A DNA stretch of 64,000 nt, from NCBI GenBank assembly GCA_950097015.1, contig CATNEN010000003.1, positions 8,556,001 through 8,620,000 of the forward strand, read 5' to 3'. Shown in pieces: positions 26,801 through 38,800 of this stretch. Under the pieces are notes generated by a model, which made no database searches, was not told the DNA's origin, and saw only the letters and a list, made by a program, of their open reading frames with translations. Source of the stretch: Macrostomum hystrix (taxonomy: Eukaryota; Animalia; Platyhelminthes). Numbering within the stretch: the first letter of the stretch is position 1; each line of letters begins with the position of its first letter. The position numbers and the translations under genes are program-made.

Positions 26801-29800
26801 CGCCGATACTGCCCAGGCTCGCCTCGTCGGTCAGGTCAACGTGGATGGCGCGATCCGCCTGGTGAGTGCTAGCCTCAAACCAGTCAGTCGGCGCCTCTCC
26901 TCGTCGCTCCTGCCCCACTGGCTGCTTCGATGGAGCGTTCGATGTGTGGGCCCGCTCAAGGTGCGCCCTGAGAGTCCTGGCTTGTTCCAGCGCACGCTGG
27001 ACCAGCCCAGATCTCCGGGTGGACCTGGCAGGCCTGCGGTCGCGAGGTCCGGATTCGGCAGCGCGGGCTGCTTTACCGGGGTGGGGATCCACCGTTTGCC
27101 TCTGCTTCTTCGCCGGAGGAGCTTGCGCCCCGGATCCGGACTCAGGAGCTTTGGCTTTTTTGGCTTCGCCAGCTTTCCTCTCCTCGCAGCGGAGGATGGT
27201 CAGCTGAGTTAGACCAAGGTGAATGATGGACTTTGGCGGCAAGCGCTTCGTCCACGCATCCGAGAGCCCCAGGATCACCGTGAACCCCGTCTCCTTGCGG
27301 GAGGAGGCATGGTGGAGGAGCCCGTTGGCCTCAAGGTCGGGGTGCAGCTTCAGCAGAATCTGCCTAAGCTGATCCCCAGATTTGATGGCACTGCCATTCG
27401 GAATCCAAACGCGGAAGCGTTCGGTTTTAATGCGTTGGCCTTCGCTGGCGAAGGTGAGTTTGCCGAGCTTCTTGGGCCATTTTAGCTGTGGCAGAAGCTC
27501 GCGTAGAGCTCGGCTGCTTTCCTCGGAGTTGCACCAGATGAAGATGCAGCCGTCCGTTTTGGCCGATTTGACCACGCTCACCGGGCGGCCTGCCAGGAGC
27601 TGGTCAATGAGCGCAGCGTCGATGATGCGCCATACACTGTCGAGCTGCTCGGCCGTGAGGTCTTGCTCTTCCCCAAAAACGATGACCGCGGGTTGGAGCA
27701 TGGCACTGGCCTTGGAGGCGTAGGACTCCTTGGCCTTGGTAGATGGTTGGCTGGCCGGGGCCTCGCTCGCCATCGTTGCATGTGTGGCGGCTCCAGATGG
27801 CCCAGCCACGTTGCCGGTGTTTGAGTTGCTGGTGGGCTCAGCGGGTGGTGACCCCGCGGAGGCGGTTTCCCGAGGGGCTGAGGTGGCGGTGGCTCCTTTC
27901 GGCCCAACCGCTCCTACGCCCACTTGAGGCACCACCTCCGCGGATTGCCGAACCGCGGCCTCCCTCTCTCGCTGTCGCCGACGCCGTTCGTTGCGGCGTT
28001 GGTTGCGGCCTTGACGGGCTTCCTTGGACCGGATGTCTGGGGGTCCGGGGACAGGTCCACCGTCAGGCAGGGCGGAAGCGGGTCCGGTAGCCTCCGGTGG
28101 GGCGACGTTGGCGCTGTTGGAAGCGGCCGGAGCAACTGGGGGGTTTCCAGTTTCACTATCTTTAAAAGATTGAGCAGAAGAAGCCATTGCTGAAAGCGGG
28201 AGGAGGGTGAGAGGTGACTCACAAGAAAAGAGAAGAGAATAAAAAGAAACCGCTAAAGACCGGACTACTCCCCGGCCAAGCGCCCTTCGGCACGGCGAGA
28301 CCTTGGGCCTTAGAGGGCGGCAGAAAGCAGCGCCAGACCCGCAGTTAACCTGCGTACCCTGTTAAGGTCGAAGGGTGACACCTTTCCCTCAGAGCCGTAG
28401 CCAGAGGTACCTGATCACGCACAGGTGCACGAACGCTGCGGACTGGCCGCATACCCTGTTAAGGTCGAAGGGTGACACCTTTCCCTCAGAGCCGTAGCCA
28501 GAGGTACCTGATCACGCACAGGTGCACGAACGCTGCGGACTAGCCGCATACCCTGTTAAGGTCGAAGGGTGACACCTTTCCCTCAGAGCCGTAGCCAGAG
28601 GTACCTGATCACGCACAGGTGCACGAACGCTGCGGACTGGCCGCATACCCTGTTAAGGTCGAAGGGTGACACCTTTCCCTCAGAGCCGTAGCCAGAGGTA
28701 CCTGATCACGCACAGGTGCACGAACGCTGCGGACTGGCCGCATACCCTGTTAAGGTCGAAGGGTGACACCTTTCCCTCAGAGCCGTAGCCAGAGGTACCT
28801 GATCACGCACAGGTGCACGAACGCTGCGGACTGGCCGCATACCCTGTTAAGGTCGAAGGGTGACACCTTTCCCTCAGAGCCGTAGCCAGAGGTACCTGAT
28901 CACGCACAGGTGCACGAACGCTGCGGACTGGCCGCATACCCTGTTAAGGTCGAAGGGTGACACCTTTCCCTCCAGCCGGGGCTAGAGGTACCCAGTTTGG
29001 CCAGAGGCCCTGGATGGGTCATCCAGCGCTGTTGCCCATTCTGTCCGGCAGCCCTAGGGTCAGCCTTGAACACTCGCGGGACGTGTACCCATGGGTCAGC
29101 TGACGGGACAGCGTGGAGGGATTCCTGCACCCGAAGGCACAGGGCTCCCTCCTGCCAGGCCTGCTCAAAAAGCGACTGCAGGTGTGAGGCATCGCAGACC
29201 TTAGCCCGTGGGCCTGGTCTGACTCATACCTCACAGGCGCTGTGTCCCGCCGGTGCGAGCAGGCATACGCTCACATAGGTGTGTACATCTGCCCTGACTT
29301 TCTCATCGTCAGTAAGTGTACACTCTCACTGTGCCTTGGAGGTTGGTCATTAAGGGCGTAAATTGCAAATGTGGCCTCACCGCGGATTCGAGCTCAGGGA
29401 CGAGAGGCGAACGTGTTAACCGCTCTGCCACCGCCCCTATGTGTGTTTGGGTGCCATTTGCATGACTATGTAGGTTTAAAAATTCTTGGATATATTTTAC
29501 ATTTAACATACAACAAAATAAATGAATTTATGTTGCTAATACATCGACAAGCGAAAGGAATAATAAACAAACCAATGAGTTGATCAATCAATCGTTCGAT
29601 TAATTAGTCAATCCCTCATCAATCAATTGATCATCAATCAACCAGACCCTCAGAAAAAGTGAGGAATGCATCAACAAAAATTTAAATGCGAGTCACTATA
29701 AGGTATTTATTTAGCAATCCATCAATAAACATGTTTGATGATATTGACAGCTATTTCAATAAACGTCCATTCAATCCCCAACCAGAGGGCAATTTCCGCT

Positions 29801-32800
29801 ATCCTGAGTTCAACGGCAATGGCTACCTGGTATTTCCGCTTGATCACTTCGAGCTCAACAGCCTCACAATGTCCCTAGATTTGCTGCCTAAACTGCAGAA
29901 CGGCATTGTGCTGTACGCCAGTGGAAGGGGCGCTTTCTCGGACCAATTTCTGGCTCTGGTGTTGAAGGAAAAGAGACTCCAGCTACGGTGAGCTGTGGGT
30001 TTATTTTTCGCCAACGGGTGTTCTTGAGTAGCTTTGGAATTGGGGTGGGTGTTCTTGAGTAGCTTTGGAATTGGGGTGGGTGTTCTTGAGTAGCTTTGGA
30101 ATTGGGTTGGGTGTTCTTGAGTAGCTTTGGAATTGGGTTGGGTGTTCTTGAGTAGCTTTGGAACTGGGGTGGGTGTTCTTGAGTAGCTTTGGAATTGGGG
30201 TGGGTGTTCTTGAGTAGCTTTGGAACTGGGGTGGGTGTTCTTGAGTAGCTTTGGAATTGGGGTGGGTGTTCTTGAGTAGCTTTGGAACTGGGGTGGGTGT
30301 TCTTGAGTAGCTTTGGAATTGGGGTGAGTGTTCTTGAGTAGCTTTGGAATTGGGGTGGGTGTTCTTGAGTAGCTTTGGAATTGGGATGGGTGTTCTTGAG
30401 TAGCTTTGGAATTGGGGTGAGTGTTCTTGAGTAGCTTTGGAATTGGGGTGGGTGTTCTTGAGTAGCTTTGGAATTGGGGTGGGTGTTCTTGAGTAGCTTT
30501 GGAATTGGGGTGGGTGTTCTTGAGTAGCTTTGGAATTGGGTTGGGTGTTCTTGAGTAGCTTTGGAATTGGGTTGGGTGTTCTTGAGTAGCTTTGGAACTG
30601 GGGTGGGTGTTCTTGAGTAGCTTTGGAATTGGGGTGGGTGTTCTTGAGTAGCTTTGGAATTGGGGTGGGTGTTCTTGAGTAGCTTTGGAATTGGGGTGAG
30701 TGTTCTTGAGTAGCTTTGGAATTGGGGTGGGTGTTCTTGAGTAGCTTTGGAATTGGGATGGGTGTTCTTGAGTAGCTTTGGAATTGGTGTGGGTGTTCTT
30801 GAGTAGCTTTGGAATTGGGGTGAGTGTTCTTGAGTAGCTTTGGAATTGGGGTGGGTGTTCTTGAGTAGCTTTGGAATTGGGGTGGGTGTTCTTGAGTAGC
30901 TTTGGAACTGGGGTGGGTGTTCTTGAGTAGCTTTGGAATTGGGGTGAGTGTTCTTGAGTAGCTTTGGAATTGGGGTGGGTGTTCTTGAGTAGCTTTGGAA
31001 TTGGGGTGGGTGTTCTTGAGTAGCTTTGGAATTGGGGTGGGTGTTCTTGAGTAGCTTTGGAATTGGGGTGGGTGTTCTTAAAGCAGCTTTGGAATTGGGG
31101 TGGGTGTTCTTGAGTAGCTTTGGAATTGGGGTGGGTGTTCTTGAGTAGCTTAGGAATTGGGATGGGTGTTCTTGAGTAGCTTTGGAATTGGGGTGGGTGT
31201 TCTTGAGTAGCTTTGGAATTGGGGTGGGTGTTCTTGAGTAGCTTAGGAATTGGGATGGGTGTTCTTGAGTAGCTTTGGAATTGGGGTGGGTGTTCCTTAA
31301 GCAGGGAATAGGGTGGGTGTTCTAGAGTAGGCAGGGAATTGGGTGGGTGTACTAGAGTAGCTATTTTAGAGTTAGTCATCGCCATTTACGCCTCAATTAT
31401 ACTTTTTCTCCACCGCAAAAGGTACAACAACGGTGACGGCTTGTCAATCATCACGGCTGGCGCAGACTTGGAGATCAACGTGTGGCACTCGGTGTCCATT
31501 TACCGCAGTGAGCGGGTCGCCTGGATTCAAATCAATGAGACCAGCAGGCGGTCTGTCAGCGTACCGGCCGCATCTGGCGGCGGAGCCCTAGATGTGGTCC
31601 GTAAAATTCTTCATCAGTCATCAGTCCTTGATTTTTAACTTTATTTTTATATTCACTTCACTCTCATGTCGATGGAAGATTGTCTCACATCACAGTCATT
31701 TTGACGGAATAATTATAAAATACTGATCAGCGATTCTCACAGCACTCTCACACTGATCAGAGATCCTCACATACAACTCCCACACTGATAAGAGATTCCT
31801 ACACCACTCTCATACTGATCAGAGATTCTCACATACAACTCCCACACTGATAAGAGATTCCCACACCACTCTCACACTGATCAGAGATTCTCACATACAA
31901 CTCCCACACTGATAAGAGATTCCTACACCACTCTCATACTGATCAGAGATTCTCACATACAACTCCCACACTGATAAGAGATTCCCACACCACTCTCATA
32001 CTGATCAGAGATTCTCACATACAACTCCCACACTGATAAGAGATTCCCACACCACTCTCATACTGATCAGAGATTCTCACATACAACTCCACACTGATAG
32101 GAGATTCCCATACAATTCCCACACTAATAAAAGATTCAATCAAATACAGTCAATCAAAGCTACTCACACATCATTGACCCCTGACTAATTCCGTTAAAAA
32201 AATTCAGTTCCGAGACCTGGGCTCAAGGTTCTACCTGGACAGCAAGCTGTATGTGGCGGGCATACCCAGAGCAGTACTCACAGGCCAACTAGCTGCTCAA
32301 ACTGAGTCCGACGCTGGCTACATTGGCTGCATCGGGAATATCACGCTGAATAAGAAGACCTGGGATCCTAGGCGAAAGGAATTTCACGGCCACGCTCTGT
32401 TCGGATTGAATATCTGTGAGTAGCATTATTCTTTAAGGGTAAACCGGTTATATTAATAACTGCAGGAGGGCTGCGGACAATGGTACATCATTTGGTGACA
32501 CTAAACCCGCAGTCAGCGATTAGGCAGTTTCGCTGTTTCCTGAGCACACACGCACACAGATACCGTAAGCAGACGCACTCTTACACAGGTGTGTACATCT
32601 GCCCTGACTTTCTCATCGTCAGTCGCTGTGGCCTCGCCGCGGAATCGAGCTCAGGGACCTTGGCGCGATAGGCCATGACCCCCTGGGTAAACCAGTTATG
32701 CTGAACTAAAGCGCAACGGCAAGAATTCGTTCCCCTAATCTAAAGATTCGAACTCCAGATCTCAAAATGGCCGAGTAAATCTAGAAAATGATGAATCGCT

Positions 32801-35800
32801 ATTAAACTAAAGCTTTCGCAATGCATCGAAATTCTGCAACTGAATCACGAACAATTCCAAAACGACTTGGCTATCGCAGCAAGACACTTCATAGCCTCAT
32901 CCATCAAAACTAGAGCAGAAAGCCTTCTTTCTTAAGATAATCTGCAGACGTCACTGCACATGGAGGGCAAACTTGGAAGACTTAATCCAGAGCCGTAGGG
33001 ACCAAGCTGCCGGAAATTATGAAAAAAATCGGCTCCTGGTTGAGAGACTAAAAATTCTTTATAATCCTTGGAGAAATTCGGTCAGTAATGTGAAGTCAAC
33101 AGTGCTGTTCACATCGAGGTTACTTCCGCAGTTTAAGATTTTAACTCCTGAAAACTTTCTGTAGCAGAACGCATTTTTACTTTTCCCAAGATTTTCTAAT
33201 TCTCTTTCTCCCTCGTGTCTTTCTCCCCGTGTCTTTCTCCCCGTGTCTTTCTCCCTCGTGTCTTTCTCCCCGTGTCTTTCTCCCCGTGTCTTTCTCCCCG
33301 TGTCTTTCTCCCCCGTGTCTTTCTCCCTCGAATCTTTCACCCCGTGTCATTATCCTCCGTGTCTTTCTCTCCCCTGTCTTTCTCTCCCCTGTCTTTCTCC
33401 CTCGTGTCTTTCTCCCCAGTGTCTTTCTTCCCCGTGCATTTATACCCCCGTGCCTTTCTCCCCCCGTGCTTCACCCCCAGTCTTTCTCTCCCGTGTCTTT
33501 CTGCCTCGAGTCTTTCTCCCCGTGTTTTTCTCCCCAGTGTCTTTCTCTCCCCTGTCTTTCTCCCCCGTGTCTTTCTCCCCAGTGTCTTTCAACCCCGTGC
33601 CTTTCTACCCCCGTGCCTTTCTCCCCCCGTGCTTCACCCCCAGTCTTTCTCTCCCGTGTCTTTCTGCCTCGAGTCTTTCTCCCCGTGTTTTTCTCCCCAG
33701 TGTCTTTCTCACCCCGTGTCATTATCCTCCGTGTCTTTCTCTCCCCTGTCTTTCTCTCCCCTGTCTTTCTCCCTCGTGTCTTTCTCCCCAGTGTCTTTCT
33801 TCCCCGTGCATTTATACCCCCGTGCCTTTCTCCCCCCGTGCTTCACCCCCAGTCTTTCTCTCCCGTGTCTTTCTGCCTCGAGTCTTTCTCCCCGTGTTTT
33901 TCTCCCCAGTGTCTTTCTCTCCCCTGTCTTTCTCCCCCGTGTCTTTCTCCCCAGTGTCTTTCAACCCCGTGCCTTTCTACCCCCGTGCCTTTCTCCCCCC
34001 GTGCTTCACCCCCAGTCTTTCTCTCCCGTGTCTTTCTGCCTCGAGTCTTTCTCCCCAGTGTCACTCTCCCCCGTGTCTTTCTCCCTCGAGTCTTTCTCCC
34101 CGTGTCTTTCTCCCCAGTGTCTTTCTCTCCCCTGTCTTTCTTCCCCGTGTCTTTCTCCCCAGTGTCTTTCAACCCCGTGCCTTTCTACCCCCGTGCCTTT
34201 CTACCCCCGTGCCTTTCTTCCCCCGTGCTTCACCCCCAGTCTTTCTCTCCCGTGTCTTTCTCCCTCGTGTCTTTCTCCCCGTGTCTTCCTCCTCCATATC
34301 TTTCTCCCCAGTGTCTTTCTCCCCCTGTCTTTCTCCCCAGTGTCTTTCTCCCCCGTGTCTTTCTCCCATTATTTTTCTCCCCTGTGTCTTTCTTTCCTCG
34401 TCTCTTTTTTCTCCTTATTTATTTATTTCTTTCTCCTTTTTTTGTCTCTCTCTCTTTCTCCCGCCGTGATTTTCCCTTTAGTCCCTTTTCTTCCCATTTT
34501 ACAATTACAGCATACATAATACAAGAAAAACTTTTCCACATTACCAAACTAGACGATTGCGCTCATGCCACATGCAATGGGCATCGCTGCATGAACAATG
34601 GCAAATGCAAGCCAACCAGGCCACCAGCTGAGTACATGTGCCTCTGCAGCAATGCCACCGGAAGGTTCTGTGAGACTCCGCTAAACTGTGAGCGATCACA
34701 ATTGACTCCGCTTTAATATCTGTCATTTTGTTTAATGCCGAATGAGTTATTCCTCCACAATGCAGCGCCCGTCACCGTGCCCCACTTTGACGGCACCGCC
34801 TATTTGAAACTCCGCGGCGGCCTGAAACGAACATCAAAGTCGCGCACCGACATGACCATCGCGTTCAGACCAGAGGCACCAAATGGACTTTTGTTGTACG
34901 CCGGCTATAGCAAAGACACCAGAGGCGACTTTCTGGCTGCAGGACTTGTCGACGGTCGGGTATTCGCCGCCTTTGATCTTGGCAGTGGACCGGTTGTGAT
35001 CAGGTACGAATGAGCCATGGGTAGAGCAGGGTTTTGCCGGCCATTGATCTCATGTGGTGTGTTAACAGGGGAATGGGTGGAGCAAGGGTTTGCCGCCTTT
35101 GATCTCATGTGGTGTGTTAACAGGGGAATGGGTGGAGCAAGGGTTTGCCGCCTTTGATCTCATGTGGTGTGTTAACAGGGGAATGGGTGGAGCAAGGGTA
35201 TGCCGCCTTTGATCTCATGTGGTGTGTTAACAGGGGAATGGGTGGAACAAGGGTTTGCCGCCTTTGATCTCATGTGGTGTTAACAGGGGAATGGGTGGAG
35301 CAAGGGTTTGCCGCCTTTGATCTCATGTGATGTTAACAGGGGAATGGGTGGAGCAAGGGTATGCCGCCTTTGATCTCATGTGGTGTGTTAACAGGGGAAT
35401 GGGTGGAGCAAGGGTTTGCCGCCTTTGATCTCATGTGGTGTGTTAACAGAGGAATGGGTGGAGCAAGGGTTTGCCGCCTTTGATCTCATGTGGTGTGTTA
35501 ACAGGGGAATGGGTGGAGCAAGGGTTTGCCGCCTTTGATCTCATGTGGTGTGTTAACAGAGGAATGGGTGGAGCAAGGGTTTGCCGCCTTTGATCTCATG
35601 TGGTGTGTTAACAGGGGAATGGGTGGAGCAAGGGTTTGCCGCCTTTGATCTCATGTGGTGTTAACAGGGGAATGGGTGGAGCAAGGGTATGCCGCCTTTG
35701 ATCTCATGTGGTGTGTTAACAGAGGAATGGGTGGAGCAAGGGTTTGCCGCCTTTGATCTCATGTGGTGTGTTAACAGGGGAATGGGTGGAGCAAGGGTTT

Positions 35801-38800
35801 GCCGCCTTTGATCTCATGTGGTGTGTTAACAGAGGAATGGGTGGAGCAAGGGTTTGCCGCCTTTGATCTCATGTGGTGTGTTAACAGGGGAATGGGTGGA
35901 GCAAGGGTTTGCCGCCTTTGATCTCATGTGGTGTGTTAACAGGGGAATGGGTGGAGCAAGGGTTTGCCGCCTTTGATCTCATGTGGTGTGTTAACAGGGG
36001 AATGGGTGGAGCAAGGGTCTGCCGCCTTTGATCTCATGTGGTGTGTTAACAGGGGAATGGGTGGAGCAAGGGTATTCCGCCTTTGATCTCATGTGGTGTG
36101 TTAACAGGGGAATGGGTGGAGCAAGGGTCTGCCGCCTTTGATCTCATGTGGTGTGTTAACAGGGGAATGGGTGGAGCAAGGGTATGCCGCCTTTGATCTC
36201 ATGTGGTGTGTTAACAGGGGAATGGGTGGAGCAAGGGTTTGCCGCCTTTGATCTCATGTGGTGTGTTAACAGGGGAATGGGTGGAGCAAGGGTTTTACGA
36301 GTCTTTCTCCCCTCTCACCTCGTAATTATTTTGGGCTGAAGAAAGAGAATGCCTTAGCCTTCATTAGCTGATGTTAAAAAATATTTGAGTAAAAATTAAA
36401 GACATTGCTGAGCATTGTTGAGTCGAGAATACCGCCTCTTGAGAATTGGTAAGTTCAGAAGCCCAGAAGCTCTACCTTGTTTCTCAAATCACGTCTAAAA
36501 AACTCAGATCCCGTCACCGTGTGCCCCTCCACCGCTGGAGCCTGATGAGCCTTCGTCGAGTTGGCCGGCAGGGCACCCTCAGGGTCAGCGGCCAATCGCA
36601 GCCAGTCCAGGGCTACTCACCAGGTGAGCTGGTACAGCTCACCATCAAGCTAGACACCTTTGTTGGCGGTCACAAGAACTACGACGATGTGTCAGCCTAC
36701 TTGCCAGTGCGAGACAATTTTCGGGGCTGCATTCAGTCAGTGAGTGCTTTCTGAGAAATTCTGATCTACCAGTCGATAATGGAACGCTATTAGTAATAAT
36801 AATAATTGATAATAATTGAATACACCTGCCCCAATCGGGCCAGATGTGCTAACAGACAGCACAGCTGCAGCTATTGCGCGGCGCATCTGAAGGCTGCGTA
36901 CGACTGTTCAGTCCATGGACTGGGGGGACGCCACACCCACCCTCAATTACCCCAGGTGATGCTGGTACCCATTTAACGGCTGGGTGAACTGAAGCAATGC
37001 AGAGTTAAGCGTTTTCCTATAGGACAAAAATTGTTCCAGTGGAGTCGGGAATCGAACCCCCGACCTTTAAGTCGTGAGTCCGAAGCTCTAACCACTAGGC
37101 TACAACCTCTTGAACCGCCTCAAAAACAAGTTACCACATGTCAGTGAAGCAGTGAGTATGAGGTATTGATGAGACACAGACTGAAGAATATCAATCGATT
37201 ATGCTAGCTATTATTAGTAGGTATAACTTTTTATATTTGATAATCATAAGGCTGATTGGGGATTTCGGTAAGGCTTTATACATAATAGTACTACGCATAA
37301 TAGACAGGATGACGGAAGCAAATTGAAAGTGATTGCTTTTGAAAATTACATTATCCAGACAAATAAATTCTAAAATAGGTCTAGATGAATGATACAATGT
37401 GAGGCTGGAAATTTGGAAATAACTTGGCAGCAATCTTTCAATCAGTTTCGGGCCTGACCCAAGGTTTCCCTCTGAAGCGTATCGAGCCCCGGGATTTTGT
37501 TCCCTTCACAACTAATTGAGTGTGCGGCATTGCCAAATTAGATTATAGACTGACGACTCCAAACACTTAAACTGTGTGGTTTGTGGTATTAGAGTACAGC
37601 AATAATGCTATATCAGTCTGGTTGTCTTTGCCAGAAGAGCGGATGTGCATGTACAGTCCGCCAAAACAATCTAGCTTCCATGCACCACGTGACCCGCACT
37701 GATTTTCTCAGTCGTTTTCGGTATGTCTAATGGAGCCTGTTGAGGATTATTGAAGATTAACAGCCATTGCTAGGGACGGCCTTGTCGAGCTGCACCTCTA
37801 GGAATCCATTTTTATGCAGTCATCCAGGTTAACTTATATTCAGTTAAAAACTTATTTTGTAGCTCGATTCCGTGGCGATCGGCCACATTTATTTGGGGTG
37901 CAGCGTCGGAGAACAGGCTTGGGGTTTGTACAGCAATTCACGCTCTTGAGGGCCAACCCCCAAAGCACTGTGAAAGTGTACACTATCTGATGATGAAAAA
38001 GTCAGGGCAGATGTACACACCTGTGTGAGCGTATGCGATGAGCAGTCAGCTAAATGGGCAATATTTCCTCCTCGCTGGCTGCGGGTCTAGTGCAAGGACC
38101 ACTAGAAGAAGAAGGAAATGACGCTTTATTTCTTGGAAAATGTAATAAAGGCTCATTTGACTGTGACTGTAAAATTGAGTTTGTCGCAATATAGCTATTG
38201 GCTGGCTATTGTGCTTTATGATAGATAAGTGAAAAAAATGAGATACATTGCTCACGAATGAAGCTTTCTAAAATTCTTTGAAGCAACAAGTTTTGCGCGT
38301 GAGTTGAGCCCGATCTCCCTAAACGCGCCAGATTTCGCTGGGCCAGCTGGGCCAGGTGGAGTTCCCGCTCGACGTTAAGCAGGGCGTGAACCTGCGCCAG
38401 TGCCGCAATCACACCTGCTCCGAGGAGCGAGATGCCTGCGGCCCTGGCGGAGTCTGCGTGCCAGACGACACCGCCCTGACTGGCAACGGTGACCAAAGCG
38501 GCGGCATCGGCTACACGTGCCAGTGCCTGTTGGGGTTCAGCGGCGACAGGTGTCAACTTCGTGAGTTCTGCTGAATAAAGAATTTATATTTATGGTGTAG
38601 CGGTTCCGATTCCGCGGCGAGGCCACATTAATTTGGGTAGCTGCCACGGAGAGAAGGCTTGAAGTGTACACTGCCTGACGACGAGAAAGTCAGGGCAGAT
38701 GTACACACATGTGTGAGCGTGTGCTTGCGTACAGTATCTGTGTGCTTGTGTGCTCAGGAGTCAGCGAAATGGGCAGAATTGACTCATCGCTGGCTGCAGG

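Larger units (their letters stand above)
22812..29258 (-). mobile_element. Full-length, apparently intact non-LTR retrotransposon (LOA/I group, RNase H-bearing)
   Basis: 14-bp TSD GCAGGCATACGCTC at 22798-22811 and 29259-29272; two open ORFs; short TAAG/CAAG repeat tail; ~1.07-kb 5' UTR. Confidence 0.92.

Noticed and set aside
23098-28193. Plus-strand ORFs within the LINE, and similar antisense ORFs in STAT, URI1, TRPV and INSM
   Set aside because: Antisense shadows of real coding sequence with no recognisable motifs.
28354-28972. CRISPR-like array
   Set aside because: No unique spacers and eukaryotic context; none of the arrays in the window has repeat-spacer structure.
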